Shown here one piece after another: positions 1-11,886 of a DNA stretch of 64,000 bases; within the stretch, counting starts at the first letter, position 1, and every line of letters begins with the position of its first letter. Both the position numbers and the translations under genes were made by a program. The stretch lies in contig NC_079240.1 in NCBI RefSeq assembly GCF_027921745.1, positions 496,001-560,000 on the forward strand, written 5' to 3'. Below the pieces are notes generated by a model. That model had not been told where the DNA came from. It did no database searches and worked only from the letters and a program-made list of their open reading frames with translations. The DNA is from Schizosaccharomyces osmophilus. Lineage: Eukaryota.

Positions 1-35
1 AATGCAAAGTACAATACATTTAGGGAATAATTTAA

Positions 36-2902
36 TTAAAGATTTTGAATGTAATCTTCCGCTCGCTTTCCTTCTTTCAGAAGCCATTCAATCTGACGTT
101 CGCATTCTTCTTCGAAAACTTTAGCACATTTCGCATACTGATATTTAATCCAATGCTCTACTGTCATAGTTAATTCTTCCTCCGTGAGATCCTCTGATTC
201 TGGAGATTTATTCGCAGGAGTTTCTAAAAGGCTAGAGAAGTCAACTGGTTCCCACGGAGGAACTGAAGGCTTAATAGACGGTGGAGCAGGTTTAGTTTTC
301 ATGGGTGTAAGAGGAGCCAGAAAAGAAGATTGGGAGAGAGGATCGAATGGACTATTTGACGTATCGTCCACAAATTTAGATGGAGAGGCTGAAAATTCCG
401 GAAGCTCATCCAGATGTTTGTGATCTTTTGGAGTGCTATGCAAAGAATGTTTAATTTCAAATTTATCTGTTTCTTCAAAGGGGGTTTGTGACAGGAGATT
501 GGCTTTTCCTAACGAATCCGATGTTTCCTTGAAGCCCATAGACTCGCTCTCTTCTTTTTCCGGAAGTATATTTGCTTGTCTATTTCCATTAATATCAAGA
601 CTTGGTTCTTTAATTTTACTCTCGGAAAGCCTAGGTACTTCCAATCCTTTCTCAGAGTATCCCATGCCTTTGGAAAAGGCACTCTCTGAATCGTGGAATA
701 CCTCACCAGCAGTAGGTGAATTTGTATTTACGTCCGCTGATGCATTCCCCTTAGGCGTCCATTCTTCTTCATTTTTAGAATTCGACAAAGCCTCGGTTTG
801 AGAGTCCGGTAAAGCTGTGCCTTCACTTATTGATGAGTTCTTCGAAACAGTTGATGGACGCTTTAATGCGGTTCTCTCTATATTTGTCAGATTTTGAAGC
901 GGCTTAGAGTCATGGTAATCTCCTTTATTGCTTAAGGTTTTCGTTCCGCTAGAACTTCGTTCACGAACATTATGCTTGGGAGACGAATTTATCATTAAAC
1001 TTGCATTTAGTATTCCGCTGTCATTGTTTTTTGAAGTTGCGTCTCTGGGAGGAGTGATTGAGGAGGCAGTCAGAGTATCTGATTCAATGACAGACTCTCT
1101 ACCAAAATCTGAGGTTGGAGTATGTACAGCCTCAAAACTGGAGGATGATGAATTATCTCTCGAAGACGAAACAGGAGGCTTTTCACTCTTGTTTTCGATT
1201 TTATTTGATGATTCATCTTTTTTCTCTAGTGTAAGCTTCGTAGACTCAAGTAATCCAGCTAAAGGTTCATCGTCATTAGTCATAAAGGAAGATCCATGCT
1301 TATCAAACGAAGGATTCTGAGGAAAGTCTTCAAATATACTTGTTTCCGCAGAAAAGGCTTCTAATTCAGATTCACTAGAAGCCGGTTGGTTTTTTGGGTC
1401 ATTAAGTGTGAGGTATTCAGAAGAAAGCTGTCTTTTAGCAGTTGGAAGGGTAGATTCTGGTGCAACATCCATTTGCTGCTGATTAGGAGCATTTTCTGTT
1501 TCCGACGATTTTCTTTTTTTAGACACATGAGGGCTTCCTTCAGGGGGTTTGAAATTAGCGATCGGTTCAGTAGAAAATGTGGTGTTTGAAAATCTCATTG
1601 AGGGAGCATCCTTAGGTTCGGTATTAGTGGAATAATTCACGGAGTTCTCTTTGCTATTTAATTCTCCAGCATCTTCTTGGATAGGCGGTAGATTAGTAGC
1701 CATAGGAGAATGAATTGAATGGTAACTTTCATCGGTTCTATTAGGAGAAGGAGGAGTTGAAGGGGGTAAGGTATGGTTGAAAGGAATATGGGAGCCATTC
1801 ATATAAGATGGATATTCTTGTTCCCGGTTAAACTTTTTGGGAGTGTTTGAGGGATATTTGGGAGGGCTTGACCTGAAATCGGGCTGATCATCCTCATCTT
1901 CGTCAGAGAAAATAGGCCTAGCGGGCTTGAAAACTGCGTCTTTCGATTTTTTATTCACTTGTTTCCCTCTCCTTTTAGGAGAAGTAATCACAGCAGGTTT
2001 TGATGGTGATGAGCTATGATGTTCAGATTGTACGAGAGAAGAATCATGTTTAGTATTTGAATACAAAGAAAAGGGATGAGATTGACTTAGAGAAGAAATC
2101 CTCCTCCGAGGAGTAGGTTTTGGCTCGTTTGTCGTTTTGAAGTGATTTTTTTCCGATGAATTGGAAACAAGTTCAGATAAAGAAACATCGTCAAAATCAA
2201 CATTTGACGAAGAAAGCAGGGAAAGCTTGGTTGGAGATAGAGCGGTAGGGTCTTTCCACGTAAAAAATAAACAATCGGGACGACGACGCTGATGCTCTTT
2301 AAAAGGATCGTCATCCGATTCCCAGTCGTGAAGGTCAATATTACAGTACAGGCAATGCGCTGCATCCTTCGAGTCTGTACTGGGGGTAAACACAAAGCCA
2401 GCGGTGGCCATTGTATTTGGCTGGCAATGAAAGTCTGAACGACTGATGTATGGCCATACTTTATCAACAAACGTCAATTCTCTACATTTCGTTAAAGAAG
2501 GAGCTTTTGGATCCTGATGAGGATTATTGCGAGCTGACAAAACATAAGCCCACGGACAACTAGGACTGTGCGTTATGTGCTCTTTTAAGGGGTCATCGTT
2601 TTCTTCCCAGTCGTAAAACGACTTTGAACACATGAAGCATGTCACATTGTCGATCCTCTGTTGGGGCTTCTGTATCGGATTATAGTAGAAACCAACGGCA
2701 GAAAGCTAAGTAAAATTTTGTTAGTATACCAAAAATCCTGGATGTCATCATATTGTAGCTTTTCCTCACTTACTTGTTCTGGATTCGGCGAACTAAGCGA
2801 CCATGAGATTTTCTTGAATGTTTCCAGTCTTTTGGAAACGATACACATCTCCTTACGATGCCTACTCCATCTTCGTTTCGATGATGGTTCTACAGGCTTC
2901 AT
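36..2902 (-). CDS. bir1: Survivin/BIR-domain chromosomal passenger protein Bir1 (Cut17); exons 2902-2774 and 2705-36
   Basis: Two BIR repeats (CFMC...EHITHSPSC; CLYC...EHQRRRPDC), a long S/T/E-rich linker and a C-terminal helix (LTMTVEHWI). Intron 2706-2773 (GTAAGT...ATACTAAC...TTAG) joins MKPVEPSSKRRW...NPEQ to LSAVGFYYNP in frame. Confidence 0.95.
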
Positions 2903-3656
2903 CACGGACAAAACTAGTAATTAATGTTTCAAAACAATGTTTCGTAACTTTCTGTCTATCCTGCTAGAAAACCCAGTAAAACCGTAGAAGAAGCAACGCC
3001 TCAAAACCTAATTCCAAATTAAACAGAGCTTCTCATAAACCGAAATTTTAACCAAAGAAAATTAATTCAATTTTGTATTGTTTACGTTCAACTCACCTAG
3101 GTAAGTAAGGAGGATACGGTACTGTCTTATAAAACGTTATATATATAAAATACTGATGACGGCCCTTTTGTATATATTCGAACTTTAGGAATTCACTAAG
3201 GAACGTTAATAAACAATTGTAGTGTTTTTGCAATTTCTTGATCGACTTACTGAAATGACAAAAATCTACGTTTTATTTGTCAAAGTGCTGTTAAACAACA
3301 TTATATTCAAGGAAAGAAGCTTCGCTACCCATCAGAATTTAGTTTGCTAAGTTGTATCTAATTTTTAAAAAATCATTATCATCATTCAGGGTAAATTAAT
3401 TTTTTTTATGATTATACGAGACTTAGTATTCTTCGTGTAAAATTGAAACAGATTTCTTTAGGCTTTATCGTCGAAACAAGCAAGTTAAAGTGCTAAAGAT
3501 GATGGGGCGACGATTCATTACTTTAGTTATACAAACAAAAGATAGAATTCGCACAAAACAAACATGGAATTAGTAAATGAGGAAAAAGAATGAAAACAAA
3601 ACAAATTGAAAAAATGAAAGAGTACAATTCCTCAACACCGTTCAGAACCCAGGCCA

Positions 3657-5285
3657 TTACATGGACATATCCTCACCTTTACTCTCAAAGTTAAAGCTGC
3701 CAGTGGGCACTTCACTGGATCCAAAAGTGAATGTGCCTCCTGCAACATCGGGCTCCAGGTCCTCAACAACATCTTCTTCTCCAAAGTATCTTTCAATGAT
3801 GTTATATGCCTTCTGATAAATTTCTGCGTTTGCTGAATTTTGCAGTTCGTAAATAAGGTCCATACCACCAGCATCCTCTATGTAAACAGCATACAAATTG
3901 ATTTTGTCAGGGTTTTCTGCCCGGTCAAGATCGCCAACACGAAGAATGTTTTCAATTCCGTCCAAGGCAACTTGGATAATCTTGTTATCCTGACAAGCTA
4001 GTAAATTACACAAGGGTTTGATAGCACCCTGAGAAACGATGTATCTGATTTGACTTGGCTGGTTAATACCACCAGAGGTAGCATTCGAGACAGCCCAACA
4101 GGCTTCTTTTTGAATCTTAAAGTCAGCTGTTGCGAGGAGGTTGATCAAGGGCGGAATAATGTTGGCCTCAATAACATACTGAATTTGTGAAGCATTGCCT
4201 GCTGTGATGTTACTAATTGTCCAACAAGCTTCCTTTCGGATTCCGTCACGAGGATGGCTGAGCAATGATAATAAAGCACTTAAAGCACCACAATTAATGA
4301 TGCTCTGTGTTTGAAGATCATCACCAGTAACGATGTTACCAACAGAGCGAAGAGCGGGTGTCTGAATTTGAGGATTGGGATGCATTAAAAGCTCAACTAA
4401 TCTTCTAGGAATTCCTGCATCTATGATTGATTGAATTTTCTCGTTGGGACCGTCTGATAAATAAGAAATAGCCCAAAGAGCATCTACTATAACATCATCG
4501 TCAAGTGAATATATTAATTTCGACAAAACTGGAATTACACAGGAAATCATGTTCCAGTCTGGTTGAGGGTTTTTACCACGACACATATTGGATAAGGTCC
4601 AGGTACAGTTGCGAAGCATACTAAGGCGCTTGCAGGATCCAATGACGGTTAATAAGGGCTCCAAAACACCACATTGAAGAACATGATCACGACACATGGG
4701 TGAATCACCAGCGATGTTACCAAGAGCCCAAACAGCTTGCTCTCGAACATCCTTTTCGGGAGACGTGAGTAAAGTGACAAAAATGGGAACTGCACCAGAA
4801 TTTACAACAGTATGAGTTTGATCTGAAGATCCACTTGCAATGTTGGTTAACGCCCAAGAAGCCTCAAACTTGAGTAAGTTGTTTTCGTGTCCCAAAAATT
4901 CTACAAATCGGGGCACCACACCAGTGTTGATGACCTTCTGAATCGGTGGATCATGCTCTTTCGATAAAATTTTACGAAATTTGGTAGTAGCTTGAATCTG
5001 GATTTCGATATCATCGGAAAACAAAGCTCTCACCATGTCAGGTAATTGTAAATCCAGCTCAGAGTCATTTTCCTTCTCATTAATTGCTGGAGTAACTTCT
5101 TCCGATGGTTCTTCAGATACGTCTGCTAAATTACGCCGCTTGTTCAAATTCTCTTCACGCTTTTGTTTACGAATTTCAATTTGCTGAGTCTCACGTCGAC
5201 GTCGCAACTCATCCGCTTGAAAAGCTCCCTTTCCTTTGTAATTTTGTCTCCTATGTTCAGGAATAAAACGAGAAGACGCACTCAT
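3657..5285 (-). CDS. cut15: Importin alpha (karyopherin alpha)
   Basis: IBB domain ([24 protein letters not shown]) followed by ARM repeats ([27 protein letters not shown]). First ATG is at 5285 (MSASSRF). Adjacent to bir1. Confidence 0.95.
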   Translation of the reverse strand: MSASSRFIPEHRRQNYKGKGAFQADELRRRRETQQIEIRKQKREENLNKRRNLADVSEEPSEEVTPAINEKENDSELDLQLPDMVRALFSDDIEIQIQATTKFRKILSKEHDPPIQKVINTGVVPRFVEFLGHENNLLKFEASWALTNIASGSSDQTHTVVNSGAVPIFVTLLTSPEKDVREQAVWALGNIAGDSPMCRDHVLQCGVLEPLLTVIGSCKRLSMLRNCTWTLSNMCRGKNPQPDWNMISCVIPVLSKLIYSLDDDVIVDALWAISYLSDGPNEKIQSIIDAGIPRRLVELLMHPNPQIQTPALRSVGNIVTGDDLQTQSIINCGALSALLSLLSHPRDGIRKEACWTISNITAGNASQIQYVIEANIIPPLINLLATADFKIQKEACWAVSNATSGGINQPSQIRYIVSQGAIKPLCNLLACQDNKIIQVALDGIENILRVGDLDRAENPDKINLYAVYIEDAGGMDLIYELQNSANAEIYQKAYNIIERYFGEEDVVEDLEPDVAGGTFTFGSSEVPTGSFNFESKGEDMSM

Positions 5286-6275
5286 GTTCAATTCCTTTTT
5301 CCTATATTTTTTCTGGGTGGAAGTGGTAAAAGTCGATGTCGCCCAACTAAAGGTACGAAACGTGAAACGTCCTTCAAAAAGGAAAAACAGGAAAGTCTAA
5401 AATAATGTTTTATTTTTGACCAGAAAAATGTATTAAATTTATTTTATAAACTTTAACTGCCTGTCTTCAATAAAAATTGGTTTTGTCGTTTCTTGGACAT
5501 AGGAATGAATGGAATGCGAATATTAATAAGTATGTTTGATAACTCATATGAAAAAGTTTAGAGCCCAAAAATTTTGACTCGAACGTGAAGCTTTCGAATT
5601 TTTTGATGAACAAAAAGACGATTTTCAAGTAAGGCACCCTCAGTAGGGTTGTTTAATCTTTTCTTAATGATTGTTTGTATTTTGAAAATACATTCTAAAA
5701 TTTAATTGTGTTTTCTATGGAAGAAACCGAGTACTATTCCTATGTATGCCTTTAGGCTCTTAACTTGGTCTTCTATTTTTCAAGGAAAAGCACAAATTGT
5801 GTAGGAACAGGACTGTTTACTTTTGGTGACTGGGAAACCCCCAATAAACAATTATTGACATAACTATATCCTTCTTCTGATGCGGGTCTTGGAAAAGTGA
5901 GGAACTTGGGCTAGTCACATATAGAATGGTTGATTCCGAAACTATAAACTAGATAAGAATCACACGCAGCAATAGGCCTGAACACCTCAATCTCTCTAAC
6001 TTTAGTTTTTGCCATCTTACAAGCCGATACGTGAAAACCGCTTTCAGGAAGTGAAAAGAGCAAATAGAACGAATAAAGGGTGCCTTCCAAACGGCCCAAC
6101 AAGTTCTTATCGAATAGAATCAAAAATAAGTCTAAGAAGACAAAACTTTCGGTCTCTGATGACCGGATTTTGCTTATACAATCATGTCTTCGAATAGAAT
6201 GAAAAAAAAAGTCGATATCAAAAGCGAATTCTTTAGTATTTCGCGCACCAAAACGAATGCATCATTTAGTTATTG

Positions 6276-6728
6276 TTAGATTGCACTTGTAAGCATTAAA
6301 TTCATATCGTAATGGGGGATACCGTCCTCAAGGTAACTGTCGCTTTTAATCATGAAGCCAAAAGATTCATAAAACGTTTTCAGATAAGCTTGGGCTTGGA
6401 TATTTACGACTTTTGCTCCTGGATACCTCATTTTACCAGCAATTATGGCTTCTTGAAAAATCCTGCGTCCATAGCCATGTCTTCTGAAAGCAGGGGAAAC
6501 GACGATCCGTCCAATTCGAAACCCATTTGGCTCGTCGATGAGTCTAGCATATGCAAGTAATTTGTCTTCATCATCTTTTAGCATTAGATGGTCACATGTC
6601 AAGTCCACTTCATCGACCTCCTGGTAAGCACATTCTTGTTCGACAACAAACACCGCTGTCCTTATATAATAAATAGAAAACAATTCTCCAGTAGTTAATT
6701 GATCAAAAGATTTTAGAATCAGCTGCAT
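6276..6728 (-). CDS. Bacterial-type ElaA-like GNAT N-acetyltransferase, 150 aa, intronless
   Basis: ElaA-family motifs: LKSFDQLTTGELFSIYYIRTAVFVVEQECAYQEVD, RIGRIVVSPAFRRHGYG (acetyl-CoA motif A), IQAQAYLKTFYESFGF, YLEDGIPHYDM. ATG start, intact ORF. Confidence 0.92.
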   Translation of the reverse strand: MQLILKSFDQLTTGELFSIYYIRTAVFVVEQECAYQEVDEVDLTCDHLMLKDDEDKLLAYARLIDEPNGFRIGRIVVSPAFRRHGYGRRIFQEAIIAGKMRYPGAKVVNIQAQAYLKTFYESFGFMIKSDSYLEDGIPHYDMNLMLTSAI

Positions 6729-7109
6729 CGTAATCGTTATATCCTAGTGAATAACAAAGATGAATGAATGTCAGTTCCATTACATTAGGATCAAGATCCT
6801 TTCGTACATGATAGAATCTATAAGGACGATCTACGATACTTTCCCAAATGGAAAATTCAACCACCAACAGGAATTATGAATCCATGAACTAGAATTTTGA
6901 AATCAATGGTAATAGTAATAGTATTTATGAAGGAAGGAAGAAAGAAAAAATATAGATTCCTTTTCCTTTTTGGATTCAATTCAACCCGTATAGGGTGGCA
7001 TGCGCTCCAAAATCCTAAACATCCTACCGTACCCAAAGATTGTTCATTATACAACATCACGTACATCAACCTCGTTTCGTTAAAGCTTAATAAATAGTTA
7101 CTTTTTCGA

Positions 7110-7117
7110 TGTGACTG
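7110..7117 (+). promoter_or_regulatory. Homol D box of the rps12 promoter
   Basis: TGTGACTG (reverse complement of CAGTCACA) about 70 bp upstream of the rps12 ATG; established fission-yeast ribosomal-protein core promoter element. Confidence 0.85.
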
Positions 7118-7188
7118 TTTTCTCGAGAGAAAACATTTCAATGAAGGGTGTTGTTCACAAACTTGATCTAAACCAGTATTGTACCATA

Positions 7189-7716
7189 ATGTCGGAACAC
7201 GGTGAACAAGTTGAGCAAGTTGACGTTGTTGAGCAAGTCGAAGAACAACCTACCGCTCCTGAAGTCTCTGTTGAAGATGCTTTGAAGGAAGTTTTGAAGC
7301 GTTCCCTTGTTCACGACGGTCTTGCCCGTGGTATCCGTGAGGCCTCAAAGGCTCTTGACCGTCGTCAAGCTCACCTTTGCGTTCTTTGCGAGTCTTGCGA
7401 CCAAGAGGCTTACGTCAAGCTCGTTGAGGCCCTTTGTGCTGAATCTGAGACTCCCTTAATTAAGGTCGCTGACCCCAAGGTTTTGGGTGAATGGGCTGGT
7501 CTCTGTGTCCTTGACCGTGATGGCAACGCCCGTAAGGTCGTCGGCTGCTCTTGCATTGCCGTTACTGTAAGTTCTTGCAAAAGAAGGAGCTATATCGTGT
7601 ATATCGCTCTTTTCAAAAGCTGTAATTTCACCCTATTTTTGATTACTAACGAATTTTAGGATTATGGTGAGGACTCCGCTGCTCTTCAAAAGCTTTTGGG
7701 TAGCTTCTCTGCTTAA
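7189..7716 (+). CDS. rps1201: 40S ribosomal protein S12 (eS12); exons 7189-7566 and 7660-7716
   Basis: [22 protein letters not shown]...KVVGCSC; strongly biased codon use. Intron GTAAGT...TACTAAC...TTAG. Paralogue assigned by synteny. Confidence 0.95.
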
Positions 7717-8270
7717 AAACTGTTCATATAAATATGAAAAGGCATTTTAGCACTCGTTCAATAACTTTATATTTAGTATTTTTTTTCTGTATCACTATAA
7801 TCGTCTTATTCACAAAAACTAGCCAGATTAGACTTAAAGAGCGAACATTAGTAGATGTGTTCAAGTAGAACAAACTCACAGTGATGAGTTTCTTTGTTGC
7901 AAGCAACTGAAAAATGAAGTTTTCCAAGGACGTAATTTGACTACATATAACTGTCCATGAATCTCCACATCTCAGATTGCTTTTTTTGATCTTTGCGAAG
8001 ACGTTTGATTGCTTTTGCAAAGGGTTTTGCAGCCAATTTCAATGATGCATCAATTTTAGCGCAGCTGTACTTGTCCTTTTCATATATTGAGAAATTTCAA
8101 TTGCCGTTTGGTATCAGTATTTACGGATATCTCATATCCTAATAGTTAATTCTACTTTCTCCGTAAATATTCGTCTGAAAAGTCCTCTAGAACAATCATT
8201 TATGGGTTTATTCCCTTTTTATCCTCTCAATTTTTTTTGAATTCTTTTCGTTGATTGAATTCAGTTCTAG

Positions 8271-9896
8271 ATGGGTGTTCCCCGTTTAGGGCGATTTCTG
8301 GAGCCGTTTGGAAAAGTTCTTCATTTTCAAGTTCCCCCCACTGGTTCTCCTGGAAGTATAGTAATAGACGGGCCAGCATTTGCTTACTGGCTTTGGTTTG
8401 CTGTCTCTATTCCACCTCCAAATTATCGTGCGTTCCAAGATGCCATCCTCAATTTCCATCAATTTTTGATAAGCTTAGGATTTCGTACTATGTATGTCAG
8501 TTATCTCTTCAATTTTCTGAATAACTCTTGACTATGCTTATAATAATGCCTGCTAACTGTCAACAGAGAATATGTATTTGACGGTGGACTCCCTTATTCT
8601 AAACATCAAACGCGAAAAGCAAGATATCAACAGAATATGTCGGATCCCATCAATGCTTATGTCCATCTTTGTGTCCCAATTGCCCATCATGTTCTGAAAG
8701 GAATTGCTGGCGCAAATGTCGTGGTCTGCAATCAAGAAGCTGATAAATATTGTGCACTTCGAGCAAGAGAATTAGATGGTATTGTGCTTAGTCAGGATTC
8801 GGATTTGCTTCTCTTCAATTTAGAAAACCCTCATACTGGTTATGTGCCTTTACATTCCATTTCAATTACTTCGGAAGGCTTACAGGGAAAGCTCTACAAC
8901 TTTCAAGAAATAAAAAGGCATCTTCCATTTGATATATATTTATTAGCTGCTTACTTGGGAGTCGAAGGCCATCCAGAAGATCAAGTCATTGACTACCACA
9001 GCAGTTTTCAGCAAATTTGTAAAGTACTAGAAGAAAGCGTGAAAACGGGAACTTTGGAAAAACTCATTTCAACGCAAGAGTTACATCGTGTTCACAAATT
9101 CTATTTATTAGACGATATTAGTCTATCTTCTCAGTTGAACGATTTCATGTGGGGAAGGGTACAAGAACTTTTGCATTCTACATTGGAGCCTCCGGAAATG
9201 TGGCTTCCTCAACTGCCTGAATTACCAGCTCGTCCATGTAGTTGGACTGAAAGTGCACCCCTAAGATTGCAGGCATATGCAAACTTCTTTTCCAATCAAA
9301 AATCGAAAACGGAAGTACTAGAATACTCACGGAAATATGCGCAGCTAAGCAAAAAACTCATATCGATAAAATTTGACTATGCTTCAGTTATAGACACAAT
9401 GCAAAATAAGTTTGCTAATTGGCCTCTTCCACACCGACTCGTCTTATGGACTTTAAGGTGTCTAAAAAATCTTACAAACATCGCTGCTACGAGCTTTCTG
9501 TTAATGCACACTAGTCTCTACCTAAATGCCCCTTTACGTTTGCAATCTGTTACGCCAACTCAAGAAGGTACTGCATTGGTTTCACGTTATATTGCTACGA
9601 GCTACTCATTGTGTATGTTAGTTTTTAGTGAATCTGATAAAGGCCGTTCCATCGATCTTCAAAGTTTTTCATCCTTCAGTCCTCTTTCGAGTACGGTCAA
9701 CTTCTGCTTATTTCATGAAGCAATGGGCAAACTGAAAACAGGAAGAAGTCCTTTTAGTATTGTTTCAGATAGAGCCACTGCCGAATTGACTTACAAACTG
9801 TACAAAGATCTTTCCGCAGACTACCAGGACATGGACATAATTATAAATATTTGGAATACACAAACCACTAAAAAGAAACGTAAAAAAATAAATTAA
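8271..9896 (+). CDS. ast1: Asteroid homolog, XPG/PIN-like nuclease-domain protein; exons 8271-8491 and 8567-9896
   Basis: MGVPRL start, IVIDGPAFAY, YVFDGGLP (across the splice), EADKYCA and SQDSDLL are XPG/PIN acidic motifs. Intron GTATGT...TGCTAAC...CAG. Confidence 0.88.
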
Positions 9897-10026
9897 ATAT
9901 ATTGATTATCACAAACAACACCATTAATCACCTTTCTTTTCTTTGGGATTAGTTATACACATTTATGCCAAACAAAACCATTATCTTTTCGAATTCAGTA
10001 AAACTATATGTGGGTATCTATTTTCT

Positions 10027-11886
10027 TTAAGGTTTAGGAGACGTGCCTGGAGGCATGGGCATACCAGGCGGCGCTCCAAATGAAAGCGTTTGAGGCATTC
10101 CAGGAGGAGCATTGGATATTCCTGGAGCACCCGGCAGCGGCATGCCTGGAGGAGGAGGAGCATAAGCAGGAAAAGTAGAAGGCATAGCTTGAGGAGGAGC
10201 CATACCTGGTGGGGCAGCCATTCCTGGCGGAAGCATAGGAGGCTGTGGAAGATTCATCAAAGGCGTAGATATCATATCCGGTGCTGCGCCAGCTGTTGGT
10301 AGTCCAGGCACAGCGGGTGCAGGGGGAAGGCCTGGAGGCATGCCGGGGAGGGGAAGACCCGGTAGATTAGGATCGGAAATCACCGGCTGGGTACCCTGTT
10401 GCCAAGGAGGTAACCCACCAGTTGATGTAGAAGAGACAGGCTGAGGGGGCACCGCTTGTTGCCAAGGAGCTGGAGCTGGAGCTGGAGTTGCAGCAGGGGT
10501 AGAAGCAATGCTCGGAGTGGCTTTCGTCCAAGGAGCTGGAGTTGCAGCAGGGGTAGAAGCAATGCTCGGAGTGGCTTTCGTCCAAGGAGCTGGACTAGAA
10601 GACTCTGATGGTGGGCCGTTATTGGCAGCCCAAGGGGGTGGTGCCGCGGAATTGGTGTTAGCAGTTTCAGTATACTCCAAAGCATGCTGTTGATCAGCAG
10701 CAGAAGCAATAGAGCCACCACCCAATTCCTGCATGAGACTTTGATACTCACGATCTGCCGCAGCATCGGCTACGGGAGGTTGGTTTCTCACAGGACAGTC
10801 TCGTGCAATATGGCCAGCATTACCGCAATGTCTGCAAACGATATTTAGGGTATGATTAATTCGTTCAGGACAATCATAACGACGATGGCCAACATTACCG
10901 CAGTTCTGACAAACTTGGTTCTCGTCATCTCGAAGGGTACCATTCAGGGTGGCGAGCTGACGGAGCTGATTTCTCTTTAAGTCATTTTGTCCTTCGGGAG
11001 TGGAAGCGGCAGTTTGAATGACAAGATCAATTAATCGAATGGCATGGCTAATTTTGTCTTCTGAATCGGCGGTCACAAGACAGTGAAGGTCTTCCTCCAT
11101 ATTACCACGTACCGATGGATCGCTTTTACCTTTTCCTTCTTTAACACTTCCTTTACCACGGATGGCGATTTTGGCTCCAGATTTTGACTCCATGTCTTTC
11201 AATGTATGACCTCGAGGGCCAATTAAAAGACCGATAAAGTTGATTTCTGGGTAATCCTGTACAGGAACGTAAACCTTTTCTTGTGTTTTTGCTGGACGGC
11301 GATAATCGCTAGGAGCTTTGAAATTGGGAACGGTCTTCATAGCCTTTTCAATGATGTGATGACGCTCGTCCTCTAGCTTTTTCTTGTAACGAATTTCTCT
11401 TGTATTTAGCCGACGACCATGGTTATCGTACTGGGGAGGAGGAGAAGGAGAACGCTCTCTATCACTGGGGACGACGCTTCCTGTGCGAAGTTTTTGAGTG
11501 ATTTCTTCAAGTCTAACATTCATAGCAAACAGTTCTACTTGTTCATTGGTCATACAAGATCCAATACTTAATTCTAATTCCATTTGGGAGGGCAGCATTT
11601 CATCGATGGGAGTCGGCTTGCCCCAGTAATGTTTTTTGTACAAACGACGCCCACGGTCTTCAGGAAATTGGTTTTCATGTCGACGAGGGAGAGACTCTGA
11701 ATGATCGACTTGATCAAACCTGCTTCTAGAGTTTACAGGATTAGGCAATGGCGGTAAAGAATCGGGTCCCCCATCAAACCGCCTTCGACCAAGAGGGACA
11801 TTATTTGATCCTGAAAACGTTAGCAATGTATCCATATTATTTCTTTCTCTAATACCTGTGGACCCTCCAGATCTCGCTTTAAGCAT
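10027..11886 (-). CDS. bpb1: Branchpoint-binding protein SF1/BBP; exons 11886-11856 and 11810-10027
   Basis: RSPSPPPQYD motif, KH-QUA2 (INFIGLLIGPRG), two CCHC zinc knuckles, Pro-rich tail. A 45-nt intron (GTATTA...TGCTAAC...CAG) lies at 11811-11855. Confidence 0.95.
   Translation of the reverse strand: MLKARSGGSTGIRERNNMDTLLTFSGSNNVPLGRRRFDGGPDSLPPLPNPVNSRSRFDQVDHSESLPRRHENQFPEDRGRRLYKKHYWGKPTPIDEMLPSQMELELSIGSCMTNEQVELFAMNVRLEEITQKLRTGSVVPSDRERSPSPPPQYDNHGRRLNTREIRYKKKLEDERHHIIEKAMKTVPNFKAPSDYRRPAKTQEKVYVPVQDYPEINFIGLLIGPRGHTLKDMESKSGAKIAIRGKGSVKEGKGKSDPSVRGNMEEDLHCLVTADSEDKISHAIRLIDLVIQTAASTPEGQNDLKRNQLRQLATLNGTLRDDENQVCQNCGNVGHRRYDCPERINHTLNIVCRHCGNAGHIARDCPVRNQPPVADAAADREYQSLMQELGGGSIASAADQQHALEYTETANTNSAAPPPWAANNGPPSESSSPAPWTKATPSIASTPAATPAPWTKATPSIASTPAATPAPAPAPWQQAVPPQPVSSTSTGGLPPWQQGTQPVISDPNLPGLPLPGMPPGLPPAPAVPGLPTAGAAPDMISTPLMNLPQPPMLPPGMAAPPGMAPPQAMPSTFPAYAPPPPGMPLPGAPGISNAPPGMPQTLSFGAPPGMPMPPGTSPKP
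10487..10594. repeat. Perfect 54-bp tandem duplication within bpb1 (PAPWTKATPSIASTPAAT x2)
   Basis: Unit gttgcagcaggggtagaagcaatgctcggagtggctttcgtccaaggagctgga at 10487-10540 and 10541-10594, identical. Confidence 0.95.

Noticed and set aside
5773..6015. Minus-strand frame MAKTKVREIEVF...ICD*PKFLTF...LEK* downstream of the GNAT, a possible remnant of a co-transferred gene
   Set aside because: No recognisable motif and an internal stop; cannot be told from chance without a search.
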